NCBI GenBank assembly: GCA_950097015.1
Contig: CATNEN010000032.1
Location: 806,001 to 870,000 of the forward strand
Reading direction: 5' to 3'
DNA: 64,000 nt
From: Macrostomum hystrix
Lineage: Eukaryota > Animalia > Platyhelminthes
Shown piece after piece: positions 11,851-24,536 of this stretch. The notes beneath the pieces are model-generated. The model had not been told where the DNA came from. It ran no database searches and worked only from the letters and a program-made list of their open reading frames with translations. A program made the translations under genes and the position numbers. How positions within the stretch are numbered: position 1 is the stretch's first letter; each line of letters starts with the position of its first letter.

Positions 11851-14763
11851 TAAAGATATATAAAGAACTTTAAAGAACAAAGAGCAGACAATAAACTTGC
11901 TTACATTGTTATCCATTTATTATAAGCTTTGGCAATTGGTACAACCAAAGATAAAAATCGAAAAACGATGTTGCAAAGGCAAGTTGCAACATAAATGCAA
12001 TGCTCCAGCAAGATACAAAACACACAGACAAACACACTAAACTGTCAAAGAAGCAGTAAGTAAAATGCAACACTTACAAGTAACATGGATGCCATTGATC
12101 AGCATACATTAAGATGCAGAAAATAATAATTGGAAACATACATTACTATGAAAACTTAAAACATTGAGGCAAAAAGTTGAACACTTTATTTATATGATAC
12201 AAACATGTAGAAATCAGAATATGTTTATATATTTATATCATAGCTTTATAGATATAGTCGGCTTGCATGATGCATCTCTCATGGTGTTGCAGGCTGCCAT
12301 TATAAGAATGGAATGGGTGGAATTAATGAATGGAATGAGTGGATTTTTCCACTTTTCACTTGTCATTTATCTGAGTGAACATATTTTGCCAATGTAAAAG
12401 TGACCTTGTTTAATGCAGTTAAGCATTACCCTAATTAAATGTGTACGGGATCAAATATGGGTAATAAGCAAAGATACAATTAGCAGATATGAAAAAGTAA
12501 CAAAATAAAAATAATTGCACTGCGAGATAGGATTTTGAATTCGAGGCGACCGCGTTCCAGCAAAAATGTAGAAATAAAACGTTTAATCAACAAAAACTCG
12601 TGCGCTAAAAGCGAATACAACATAAAGGGATTTCTACTCACTGCTATATTCTTTTCTGCATTTAGATGCACAAAAAATGCACAAACTGAATATGCACTTG
12701 TTTTAATAAAAGCTATTAAAAAATCTCGACGCAAGCATTTTCTGCAAGGCGGTCGTTTTATCAATGAAAAGAGAAATATCTTTCTCTGAATTGAACCTTT
12801 CCCTTTAGGCTCGAATTGAACAAATGTATTCGCGAAAACCAGTGAAGGAACTATGAGTGAGTAGAGACAGAAAGGTGGCATATGATATAAACAGCATAGT
12901 AAAGCATATTTCCCCTTAAATCGCAAGTCGCCGGAAAAACGGCTCAAACAGAGGAACAAAATGCTCAATAAAAGAGTCAAAATCGTTTGGAAGCATTTAG
13001 AAGCTATATGGCTGCCTTGTGCCCCTAATCATACACACAACTGCAGTAAACTATGCCAATTTCAAGTTACACCCTACACTGCAATTGACGAAACAATGCA
13101 ACAACTGGACTGCAATCAAGGCAACAATTCAACAAGCGGAGTGCAATCAACGGAATGATTCAACCACTGAAGTACAATCAAAGCAATTTAATGCCAAAAA
13201 TGCAATGCAAACGGAGCAGCAGCATACTTGTCTGTCCCCACTGTCCCCCACCAACAAGTGGAACTTAGCGAGCAAACGTAGCGAGCAATCGCCTCTTAAT
13301 TACGCAATCCCACGGGAGACGGCAAAAAGCCAGAAATCTGTATTAGGCTACCCTGTCGCCTAATATTTATATATTATATATATATCCATATATATATTGT
13401 ATATTATATTTATATATTATATAGTCACCCTGCTCGCCTGGTCCGTTATAACTACCACTGAGACCGTACCTGCTCAATGGCTCCGACGCATCGGAGCTCC
13501 GCTCACCGCATCGCATGCCTATTTGCGGCGATGGAGCCCTACCCGTAAGGGTAGTTCAACTCCACGTAGGATCGGCTTGTCTGATTTGAGAAATACAGAT
13601 ACTGCATTATATATTATATCCTCATCGTAATTGGCAGTCCATATTTACTTTCTCTACTACTGGTTTCGCCATGATTCTGTTTCGTTCATCGCAATAAACT
13701 ACCAACAGTCATTGTCTAAAAAATACAATACGCCTATTTCACAAATCAGACAAGTCTCCTCGGCTCGGCAGATAAGTTATAACGTATACTCAGAGGACTC
13801 GCCACACGAATTAGAAACTTTCACGTGTCAACATTATTACCCCACATGAAAGAAAACTCAATGTTTTAATATTGTATTTAAATCTATTTTAATTTACGAG
13901 TAATTTCACTCAAACATATTCCGCTTTTAAATCTAACACGCGAAAAATCCACCTGTGGCGAGCAGGACCTTGTCCAAGCTGGTCACTCCTCAGGGCCAAT
14001 TCACATGAACTACGCGAGAGTGATATCAAGCAGATTATTACGACATTAACTATCTGCACGCCAAGTACCAGCTCCTCTCCGAGTTCCGACTCTCCGTGGG
14101 CCTGACTCCTGAGGATTCATCATTCACTCAGTTTGAGAATTTTGAGAATCGCAGGCCAACTGCACTGCGTCATTCACAAAACCCACGCTCTAATTAATAA
14201 TCAGCCACGCGGTACAGCCGATCCGTCCGTTGACAGCGATAATGACCAAGAGTCACCGAGCTTTGTTAGCATTGGCACACCGACGTTCCTTTTGCATACA
14301 TTACTTTGATTTGATATATTATAGAAACTGAATGCTGTTCAGTATCATCATTCTATAGACAAGAGTCCTATCCTTTATTGGTACATTTTTGGCACTGAAT
14401 ACGGAGATGCAGCTGCTTTGGGAACAGCCGCATTTCAATAAATAAGGGGGTGAGACAATCTTTTCTAGGGCTGCAGGGCTAACATTTTCAGGCTTAACAT
14501 ATTACCAAATTCCAATGACATTTGCCGCATTCTCCTATAAAATAGGTCAAACATTTCCATGCCTAAGCCAGACACCCAATTACTGAGTAATCCCATTGTG
14601 TGCCAATGCTACAGCAAAATAGAGGTAATTTTTTATATACACTGTGTCCCTGGCAGTACTTTCGTCGCACTGGCGGCCGACCGACCACGGCAACGCTGGG
14701 CACACCGACCAAACCAGCACACCTGCCAGGGAATCACATGTCCACAAAATATTAAATGCGAAT

Positions 14764-15500
14764 CTACGGCTCGCTAACGACAGCCTCGTCCGCCCGGCCC
14801 TCCTGGGTATCTTCCCGGCCAACAGCTGCGGAATCAGGCACAGCCATTTTCAGCAAACGCTCTTGCTCAAACAGCTTTAATCGCACTGACTGAGGATCGC
14901 ACAGTTTCTGGTAGTGCGAATAGTCGCATGAACTCACCTGGAGGTCAGCAAGACCACGCACGTGACTAAGCCCGGTGTAAAAGAGGCCTGGCGTCTGCTT
15001 TCGCCGCCCACCAGACCCACTAAGGTCCACGTACGCCTTCCGGAGTGTCAAACCCTGCGACTTGTGCACGGTGATTGCCCAGGCCAGCTTCAACGGCAGC
15101 TGCGTGCGAGACACGCTCAGTTCCCCGTCAGACCAGCTCCCGTCAGAGGCAGAATCGGCACCACTCCACCGGCGTCACAGTACGATAGGTATGCATCACC
15201 GGCAGGTGGCCGACAATAGCCCGGTCCGGTGAAGCCTTCGAACTCAACCCAGACACACTCGGGAACAGCCGGCGAAGACACCCCCGGTGGGAAATAGATG
15301 CCCCGCACAATGCCGATTGACCCGTTGACCAGGCCACAGGCCACGCGTCAGCATCACACGACAGCAAACAGCCAGGTAGACGCGCATTGCGAGGCCCGAC
15401 TCCGATTCGGCCGATTCACCGACGGCACCAGCGCCCTTGCAGAGGGCGTTAACCGTGCAGACTGGATTCTCATCGCTGGCAAGCTGTTATAGCCTTCTAT
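14764..15500 (-). pseudogene. PIF1-family helicase, C-terminal part only
   Basis: YLAVCCRVMLT (hand translated), GLVNGSIGIVRGI, VWVEFEGFTGP, RTQLPLKLAWAITVHKSQGLTL and GLFYTGLSHVR. No Walker A or DE motif is present upstream. Confidence 0.9.
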
Positions 15501-17810
15501 AGCCTTCCGTTCTCTCGGCCTCCAGCCGCGGCCGTTTATCCCAGCAGCCTCCCAGTTGCTAAAGAACGCGTGCATGCTGACCGTCTCCAGCTGTTTAGGC
15601 CACTGTGTGTACTTGTCCAGGCTATTGCGGCAGGAGCCTTGTCGCTCAATCATCCGCATGTCATCCGTCCGGGCGTACGCAAATGTCCGGCTGCACTTGT
15701 ACATTGGCTGTTAAAGCAGCAAACGGCACACCTGGGCGGAATAGTCCCGGGCAGCAATTGTTGCCATCAAATGCCGCTGCACTACCCGCTTGGCCGTGTC
15801 CATCCTCTGCCTCTCGTCGGCAGCGCCTGTGCCCCGCTTGGCCTCTTCCGCTGCCAGCCGGTCAAACAGTGTCTGCAGATGCCCGAAGCGCACCTCTCCC
15901 TTGCTAGCGTATTTCACCAGGTAGCGGATTATATTCTTTGCCGAGGAAATCAGCTGCATATCAATGTTGGCACGCCACAGGCAGAGTATCTGCGGATTGT
16001 AGGAGCACATTCGGTCGGCGTTCCTCTGCGTCTCCACACTGAGGTGCAACCGGGACAACCGTTTTACTTCCGTGCGGTCCCGCAACTCCTTCGGATACTT
16101 GTACCGACACTCCTGCTTGCCCCCCCTTCAGGGTGCGAAGGCATCGATCGCCGCACTTGCTGTGCCGTTCAATAAGGTGACCCAGCGCCTGTAGATCCAC
16201 CCGGTTGTTCGTAATCTCCTCGGGTGCCAGCTTCGAGGGATGCACCGAAATGCCATCCCCATTGGCGATTAGGCCTCCAGTCTCGGAGCCGTCCAGCGCA
16301 GTATTCCAGCTGCAGACATACCTGTCCACGTAGGCGCGTATATCGTCCACCGTCACATTCGCATCAGTCACATCCAGGCCATCCGGCATCCAGACGAAAC
16401 CGTGCACGTGGGGACTACCGCGGCTCTGATATTCAATACGGAACCAGAAATCTTTCACGCCCCAGTGTTCAACCAGAAAGCGACGCAAAAATACTTCGAA
16501 CCGGGTCCAAAAGAGTGGAAAGATCGCCCATCGCCGGATCGCTCTGCAGCCTCTTCAGCAGGTCGGCTTCCTCGCCGGCATCCATCATCTGCCAGGCGGC
16601 ACGCAGTTCCGGCCAGTGCGTATCAGCCGCCGACAAGGTCAGAAAGAACTGCGGCAAGCCCAGCAGCATTATCAGGCCCTCGAGCTGCCGCCGCTTGCTC
16701 TCCCAGTAGATTTGCGTGCCTCGCAAATGCATTCCTCTGGCAATCACACTTACCATGACGGCCGGATCCTTGAGCTTTTCGCGCATCTCCGCTGCGTTCA
16801 GCTTGCCAATGCCACTGCTTCACGAATAACCGGCCCAGTGCCAATGCTCGCCAGCGCATCACCAAATTCTCAATGAAAAATCGAAAACGGGGATCCAACC
16901 GAAATCTCGGACAACTGTACTGCATCAGATGTATTGCGTAGTCGCCAATCTGTATCGTATGCTCCCGGGGCATTTTGTACTCGCCACTACCGTCAGGAAA
17001 CAGATGCGGAAAGGCCAAGGTAAACAGGCTCTCCTTTCCTGTTTCACAGGTTCACCGGCTTACGGCCCACTGTGGGCCATGGCAATTTCTGTTCAAGCAG
17101 TTTCCTTCGAAATGCTCCATCCAGCAGACGAAACGGCGTCTCCATCAGGCCACTAAGCGTTTCCTGTGCAATAGCGTCCTCGATATCCTGTTTCTCTGCG
17201 CGTTCTAGCGCAGCCTTTTCGGCCGCCTCCATTGTCACTCCCTCGGGCAACTCGGATTCGTGCATCTCGCACAAATCTTTCATCGGCCCGTCAACAGGCA
17301 ACTCGCTCAGCGCCGCGCAGTCCAGCGTAACGGCATACTCCCGAAAGTACGCATTGTGCTTCAGCAGGTAATTCATGGCTTTCAGCACCTTATCCCGACG
17401 AACACGAAGGTTACTCAACGGCGGACCGCCCAGCGATTGCCTCTTGCTGCTCCCTCGCTTGCCCTGGTACATCAGGACGACGGGTAGAGTTTTGCGCGGC
17501 AACTCTCTTACAATGTCCGCCTGGTCTTGTGGAAATATTATGCCATGACCACGACTGCACAGCTGTCCTTGTGGAAACAATCGATACACCATCATGACAC
17601 AACACCGGAGAGATGAGCATCTGTTCTGTCACTGTCAAATCTCGCAATTCCTCCGGCTGCTCACACGGGTTCGCATTATTCTCATCGCTGAATAGCTTCG
17701 GCACGTGTTGATCCTTAATACACCGCTGACAGACCTTGTCATCAGCATTTCGGTAAAACACACCGGGAAACTGTTCCTTGCAGACCCGGCACTTTCGCAG
17801 ATTCGTCACA
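15501..17810 (-). pseudogene. Helitron Rep (HUH endonuclease) with Helitron_like_N region, multiple frameshifts
   Basis: LRVRRDKVLKAMNYLLKHN, AFPHLFPDG, RFRLDPRFRFF, motif 1 FFLTLSAAD, motif 2 EYQSRGSPHVH and motif 3 YLVKYASK. Confidence 0.9.
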
Positions 17811-19110
17811 GCAGCGATCGTCTCTTGATAGCATTCCTTCCGAATATTGCGCAGTACTGCAGGCAGTGACAGATCGCCTTCGTTGACAACCAACTCCTCG
17901 ATACAGTCAGGTACAGCAGCCTCTTGCCGCTGATTCTCCTGGCTTGTCCGTTCAGTCGCATCTGTCGCCTGATCGGCGCTCGGAAACAGAATCTTCCGCC
18001 GGGCAGATGATTTCGGCTTCGTTGCGCCCTCAGCTGTCCGTGCTCCACCCAGCTGAGCTGAATCATCAGCTGAAGCAGCGCCACTGTTTCTAGCAGAAAT
18101 AGCAGACTTTGCAGCCGGTGAATCCACGCCGCCCGAAACAACGCCTCGAACTTTCCTTGGAGAACGTCGAACACCGCCAGCAGACCCAGTAGCCGACTGA
18201 CTGTCGCTCTCTCCGCTGCTCTCTGACACCGTTGTCGGGTCCCGCTGCCTTCGCTTCCTAGGTGACGACGGCTCTGCAGCGCCAGAGGTCGCAGTCTCAG
18301 AATGTACACAGCTGCCGCTCTCTGCGTCTGATACGTCCAAGTCAACATTACAAGCTGCTAGAATTGGCCTCGAATCCTCGGCAGTCAACTCAGCAGCCTC
18401 GCCATCAGTCATCAGAGGCTTCTTCAGGGGGGATCGGTGTGCCGCCGGGTTACTATCGGGCGAGCCAGCACTGCTTGCTGTACGCTTTTTTGGCGACCCA
18501 ACTGACGCATTTGACGTCACTTCTTGCTTTTTCACAGGGCGAGAGTCCAGCTTTCTTGGCCTTCCTCGGCCTCGAACCTTGCTGCTCGCGACGGGCAAGC
18601 ATTCGTGAACAACTGGCGCCGCAGGCGGCGGCATCAAGTTTCGGTCTTCAGCTACCACCGCCAGAGCACTGTAGTGCTCGTTCACCAGCTGCAGACGCAC
18701 GGTAGCAGCAGGTTTGCCTTTGCACGGGCAATACTGCAGCTGAACACCATTTGGGCCATAGATATACATTTCCACTCCCAATATGTAACCGACAACAGCA
18801 GGAATTTCGTCAGGAACGTCTTGTCCTTCCGTAAAGCAGTTCACAAGAATATTGTCAATGTCCCCAAAAATGCGACCATCCTTGTGCCATTCACTCAGCA
18901 TAGCATACGCCTCGGTAGCTACTCGTTCTCGCAGGTTTACGAAGTTCGCCTCCAACGGCGTACCTAGCAGCTGTTGACACACTGCATGGAAGAAACAATT
19001 GCCGTCTCCATCAATTCGGATAATGCTGCAATCTTCCCGTGGGATCCACGTTGGCTCTGAATCTCCGTTCAAAGTCGGCACCAGTTCAGCAGCTGCAGCC
19101 ACTTGTACGC
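17811..19110 (-). CDS. Helentron N-terminal region: OTU-type cysteine protease, AT-hook and low-complexity linker
   Basis: IDGDGNCFFHAVCQQL (catalytic Cys box) and VNEHY (His box); RGRGRPRK AT-hook; in frame with CRVC/CQRC and the start of the Rep region within ORF 17411-19246. Confidence 0.8.
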
Positions 19111-19398
19111 CTGATAAATAGGTACATATGTTATCGGCGCAATGTAGGCGACAGATTTGAACGTAAATGTAAAACGTTTGTTCAGCACAACAATGTAATA
19201 AAAATTCGTTTACTTTTGAATAAGGAATTATTTTGGCTAATATCAAACTTTCAGCCTGTTAGCTAAGATTGACAGCTAATGCAGCAGTTGAGGAGAAAAA
19301 TATAATATGCGTTCAGACCATAAACCTTTTCCATTCCATAGAAACACATTTACTGTATAATGTTCTCTGTCATCAATCACGAAAATGCCCATTCTCTA

Positions 19399-20283
19399 TC
19401 AAATATGCTCAAATAAAGTAATAACTAAAAACGTACCATTTGACGCAAGCACATCAAAAGCCGGTTGCGACACGTTGTCCTGCTGGCAACCCACTCCATC
19501 ATCCAAGCCCAAGTCGACCGTACTGGCTGCTACCGCTGGTTCCGAGACCGGTAATTCGATGCTTGATCGCGACTCAACTGCCTGCTGACGTTTTCGGCGC
19601 GCACATTCCTTGCGCGGCTTCGATGCGGCACCAGTGGCTTTGCCAGACGCCCCACGGATGTCAGCTGTAACTGGGATCCTTCCTTCCGGATTGCCTACAG
19701 CTGTGGACACATTCAAACGTGCGCTAGCTCTAGAAGACGCTCTCGAGCTTGAAGAACTGTGCGACAATTCCTCGTGGCAACATGCGCATCGCGTAATGCG
19801 CCTGATCCGACTGGATCTTCGGAGCCCACCATCCGCAACCGACGCACAGTCCAGGGACAATGACGATCCACAGTCGCTGATGACACTGCTGTCCATGGCC
19901 TCTGGTACGACCTCCGCCTCGTTCACCTCAGACAGGCAGTCCCACCGATTTGCCACGGCAACTCCAGAGTGGACGACAACCTGTCTTGGCTTCTCTGCCG
20001 CGGTGGCCGACACGGGCTTGCTCTTCCTCGGTATGCCCCGCCTGGATGTAACTGGACGCCAGCTGTCCGTCTGTTGAAGCGGATTGGGCGATTCCTCAGT
20101 GCTCCTTTTCGAAGCAGCTCCTACTTCACTTGAAACCGGAGGCACTTGCACCGAGGAAGAATCGCCCAATGCAGCGGCACCAGCAGGCCCACGTGCAGCC
20201 AACTTCCGCTGCTTTGACGGCCGGCCGCGACCACGAATTGGAGCACGGATGTCACTGCTCGTCCTGTGATATGAAAGTAACAA
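19399..20283 (-). CDS. Upstream Helentron exon/ORF, low-complexity with an AT-hook
   Basis: 294-codon ORF containing IRGRGRPSK, co-oriented with and immediately upstream of the OTU-Rep ORF. Exon boundaries are not resolved. Confidence 0.5.
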   Translation of the reverse strand: MLLSYHRTSSDIRAPIRGRGRPSKQRKLAARGPAGAAALGDSSSVQVPPVSSEVGAASKRSTEESPNPLQQTDSWRPVTSRRGIPRKSKPVSATAAEKPRQVVVHSGVAVANRWDCLSEVNEAEVVPEAMDSSVISDCGSSLSLDCASVADGGLRRSSRIRRITRCACCHEELSHSSSSSRASSRASARLNVSTAVGNPEGRIPVTADIRGASGKATGAASKPRKECARRKRQQAVESRSSIELPVSEPAVAASTVDLGLDDGVGCQQDNVSQPAFDVLASNGTFLVITLFEHI

Positions 20284-21901
20284 TACTAAATTAGTACATC
20301 ACTAATATCACCAAATAAAGAGAGAGAGAGAGAGAGACAGGATGGGATTTCCATGGATAGGAATTCCTTGGATGGGATTTCCACACATGGAATTGCAATG
20401 GATTGGATAATTACTCACACATCGGCACTCCTGACAGACACATCATCATGCAGCTTGTCAGGCTTGCATGATGTTTCACTTGCTGTGTTGCACGCTGCCA
20501 TTTTTATAAGAATGAATGATAGCTGCAATGGGATTTTTATCTCTGCATGAAATACCTGTACAAATTTCATTCCATAATTTAATTTTCATGTACATATCTA
20601 CACATTTATGTATATACATATTTCTGATTCTACTACTACGAGTGCAAGAATTTAATAATACATTATGCCTTTAATAGGCCCTCCACTCTAAGCCTGTGGA
20701 TAATACCCCCCTATGAGATGATGGACGATTAAACAATGGATGGGATGACATGTGGGAATAGAAAATGTAAAATACATCTTGAAGCCTCAAAGCCTCAAAG
20801 CTCAAAAGTGCCTTTGGTTCACTATGTATCAATTCAAGGCTTCTGATCACTACTACCTTGATACTAGGACTGCAAGGATTTAATAATGGATGCAAGTGTG
20901 AAGACACATTAAATGTTGTCATGGATTTGGTTCATTGGTTGTCAGTGCCTATGCCCTCCGCTGTGCTGCTCTTGCAGATACCCTGTGCCTTCCAGGGCAT
21001 CCGGCTCTGTGTCAATGGCCATCTGTTAGAGGTGCCCCACTACAGTCCCATGGCATATGCATGCAGCTTCCTGTGCCTGCCTTGATTGGGACCAGAGGCT
21101 GCAGCTACTGCTTCTTTGGAGATAAATCTGACTCTTGAGCCGATCGAGTCCGGCTACCAGCTTTTCCTCCAAATTGGAGGCTCCAATATGCTGTTGAAAC
21201 CAATGGCTGGACTGGTGGACATCAGCAAAACCCGGAGAATTAATACTATTTCATATAAATTTCATATACTATTTCAGATGCACACCTGACACTTAAGCCA
21301 ATTGAGTCCAGCGACCAAAATTTCCTCCAATATGTAGTGGAAACCACTGGCTGGACTGGTGGACAGATCAGCAAAACCTGGAGAAGTAATACTATTTCAT
21401 ATACATTATCTGTTATACTTTCACTCTAAGCCTATGGATAATAGGCTAATTTTATAATGTATACTCCATTTAAGCCAGAAAATCTGTACATATCATGCAA
21501 AATTAAATTGACTATTGAGGGCTGGCTAAGACAATTTTTTTAATTAGATTAAAACTAATCTTACAATAGCACCATAATGTGCTAGAGCAAACTTATAAAG
21601 GAGAATAATGATTCATATGACTGGCCAAGTACATTAAAAGCAATAAAGTATAAATGCATAGAAAATATAGGGAAAATATTACACATAGCTTGAAGCAGAC
21701 TTTTTGACCTGAATTTAAATAACCATGATGTCATCACTTGCACAAAATCTGTGATGACTGTAACATAGTGTTAATTCAATAAAAAAGCATCCTACGTATT
21801 GAACATTATTAATACGACTCTGTAAGAGAATATAAATGCACTTTTTGTGCATATAGCATATACTTTCGAATACTGCAAGAAGTGAGTCAATTAAAGAGTA
21901 T

Positions 21902-22131
21902 TGTTACGTTTTGAATAACGCGAAGTCGGTAAAACTTTTGGGAAGTTAAAAGTTGAAGTGTCTTAGCGGTAGCGCGCTCGTAGCTTGTTTATATTTAAAC
22001 GAAAAGTATCGAGACTTGAAGCAAATAAATGTGTACAGTCGAACTTAATCCCTATGAACCATAGACTAATATCTAAATCAAAAGTCCGTCTATGAATGAC
22101 TATAATTAGTTAGCAAAGCAAATACACAACA
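21902..22131 (-). repeat. 3-prime LTR
   Basis: Identical by eye to 26044-26273. Confidence 0.97.
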
Positions 22132-22153
22132 CCCCCACCGATGCTGATATTCG

Positions 22154-23404
22154 TCAATAACCGAAACGATCTGGAGGTCGTCGTTGACGCGAACTCCTGC
22201 GTACGTTTTCAGCAGGAGCCGTTGCTTTGCCAGCTGTCTCCTCGCTAGCCTTGTCCTCAGGAATAGGATCTGAACTTTCGTCGGCATTGAATTCGTCAGT
22301 CTCAGCTGGTAGTCTAGGAGTAATGTCCGATTGATGAACCAGACGACCTTTGTCGTCTCGAAATGTATTTGTCCCGACAGAAGTAGTAACTGTGGACGGA
22401 ACCTTCTCTTCCTTGTGTTCCACACGAATGTAAACTGGGTCAGGCTGCTGTCTTGGCTTGGTCCAGTCAGTGCACACACTTGACAGGCGAGTTCTAGGAA
22501 GTTGATGATGAAACACCAAACCAGCAGGAATAGAACCGTTGCATTGCGGTGTAGTATTCTGAAACAGACAGAACCTGACAATGAGTCGCTCTAGTTCAGC
22601 TGTATCAGAACTAGCGTTGTTCTTTTTCAAGTAAAACTTGAACTCTTCGATTGCTCGCTCCACTTGCCCATTCGACTGATGATGACCCGGTGGAGTCAGA
22701 ACGTGCTGCACAAAGTTCTCTTTGAGGAACGTAGCGAATTCAGCTGAAGCGAAGTTTGTACCATTATCAGTCACCAGCGTCTTCGGTATACCCATGTACT
22801 TGAAAGTATGTCGAAACGCCCGAATCACCGATTGTGACTTAAGTGAATCAACGTGTCGAACATCCACCCACTTGGAGAACGCGTCTACTAGCACTAGAAA
22901 CTTGTGTCCTTTGAACATAGCTATGTCTGCGTGGACTCTTTCAAAGAACATCTGCGCATCCTCCCAGGACGATAAATTCGCATTTGTTCTCTTCCTCGCG
23001 TGAAGCTGACACTGGGCGCACCTGCGCACGAAGCTGTTAATCTGCATGTCAATACCTGGCCACCAGAAATATTGTCGTGCCAAGCGAATCATGCGCACCA
23101 CTCCTGGATGATTCTCGTGGAGCAGATGTAAAACTTCAGTTCTTAGCCCTTGCGGTGGTACAATCCGCAATCCTTTGAATACAACAGCATTCTGAATCAT
23201 TCTGAATTCCAACTTTCCTTTCGAGTACGGTAGCATAGTCTTGGGTAGGTACTCCGGCCATCCATTCTGAATATAATGCTTTAGTGTCCGAAGGTTGTGG
23301 TCGTTAGACGTAGCAATGCGATGCAATAAATCCTCAGAGTTCGCAAAACTGTCCAACGCATTGATCGACAATAAGTTCACAGTGAAGTTATCTCTCACAG
23401 TCAA
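22154..23404 (-). CDS. pol: Gypsy integrase region
   Basis: LHENHPGVVRM...CAQC (HHCC zinc finger), RVHADI, LVTDNGTNF and HHQSNGQVERA (DD35E). Confidence 0.95.
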   Translation of the reverse strand: MTVRDNFTVNLLSINALDSFANSEDLLHRIATSNDHNLRTLKHYIQNGWPEYLPKTMLPYSKGKLEFRMIQNAVVFKGLRIVPPQGLRTEVLHLLHENHPGVVRMIRLARQYFWWPGIDMQINSFVRRCAQCQLHARKRTNANLSSWEDAQMFFERVHADIAMFKGHKFLVLVDAFSKWVDVRHVDSLKSQSVIRAFRHTFKYMGIPKTLVTDNGTNFASAEFATFLKENFVQHVLTPPGHHQSNGQVERAIEEFKFYLKKNNASSDTAELERLIVRFCLFQNTTPQCNGSIPAGLVFHHQLPRTRLSSVCTDWTKPRQQPDPVYIRVEHKEEKVPSTVTTSVGTNTFRDDKGRLVHQSDITPRLPAETDEFNADESSDPIPEDKASEETAGKATAPAENVRRSSRQRRPPDRFGY

Positions 23405-24536
23405 TGAGTTTGTCCCAGATTCATTGGGCAGTAATTCACCACTCGGAAGTCGGCAGCAAACATTGTACTACCTTTGGCGTATTCAATGCTGTATTCATAT
23501 GCTCGCAGAATGAGAGACCAGCGTTGCAATCTGGCTGAAACACGTTCAGACGATTTGCTGTGATTGAAGATGAACTGTAGCGGTCTGTGATCTGATAAAA
23601 TAATGAATCTTCTTCCAGCTAAAAACTGATGGAATTACTTCACTCCTTCCACGATTGCCAATGCTTCTCTTTCAATATTAGCGTAATTGCACTCTGCGGG
23701 CGTGAGCACTCTGCTTCCGAGCCAGACAATCTGCATCTGTTCTCTGTCATGAGAGAGCACGAATCCTAGTCCCTTTTTAGATGCATCACAGGTCAAGAAT
23801 AATGGTTTTGACAGATCGTACGCAGTGATTGCTCCTTGGCGGATGCTTTGCTTTAGTCTCCCGATGGCCTTTGATAGTTCGTTGTTCCAGTACCAGTGCT
23901 GTCCCTTCTTCAACAACGAGTACAGCGGTCGAGCAATGATGGAGAAATTTCTGCAGAATAAGCCATAGTGGCGAAGAGTGCACAAGACGCTTCTCAATTG
24001 GTCTTTGTCAGCGGGTTCTGGCATGTTGTCCCACGACTTTAATCTGGCAGGATCTGGTTCGAGCCTTCCGTTGTGGAGAATGAAACCAAGAAACTTGACC
24101 TTTTGTTGACACTCCTGAGACTTGCGCGTGTTAATCTTGAACCCATGGTCGGCTAAGCGTTGCTTTACCATGTTCAGCACCTGCATGTGTTGCTGTTGGT
24201 CACCGGATGTTCCAATTATTATGTCATCTTGATATGACGCTGTACATTCTATGTCTCTTAGTACGTCGTCCATTACCTCTTAGAAAATAAGAGGCGCTGC
24301 AGAGATTCCGAATTGAAGGTTCCTGAATGCAAAATAACCCATATGAGTCGATATGCAGGTAAGTTCTTGACTCTCCGGAGACAGTGCAACTTGTAGAAAT
24401 GCTTCCTCTAAATCCAGGACAGAGTAGAACTTCGCATTGGGAATTTTAGACAGAATTTCTTCTAACTTCGGAAACTTGTATCGATCAGCATCAATTATGC
24501 GATTCAGAGTGAGTGAGTAGTCACCACATAGCCTTA
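23405..24536 (-). pseudogene. pol: Gypsy RT and RNase H, with stops and frameshifts
   Basis: Hand translation IRLCGDY...VLDLEEAFLQ...LQFGISAAPLIF*; YQDDII; FLTCDAS; NIEREALAI; SDHRPL. Frameshift near 24537, stops near 24280 and 23636. Confidence 0.93.

Noticed and set aside
13900-14760. AP endonuclease or other ORF after the Helentron helicase
   Set aside because: No open frame or endonuclease motif was found by hand translation.
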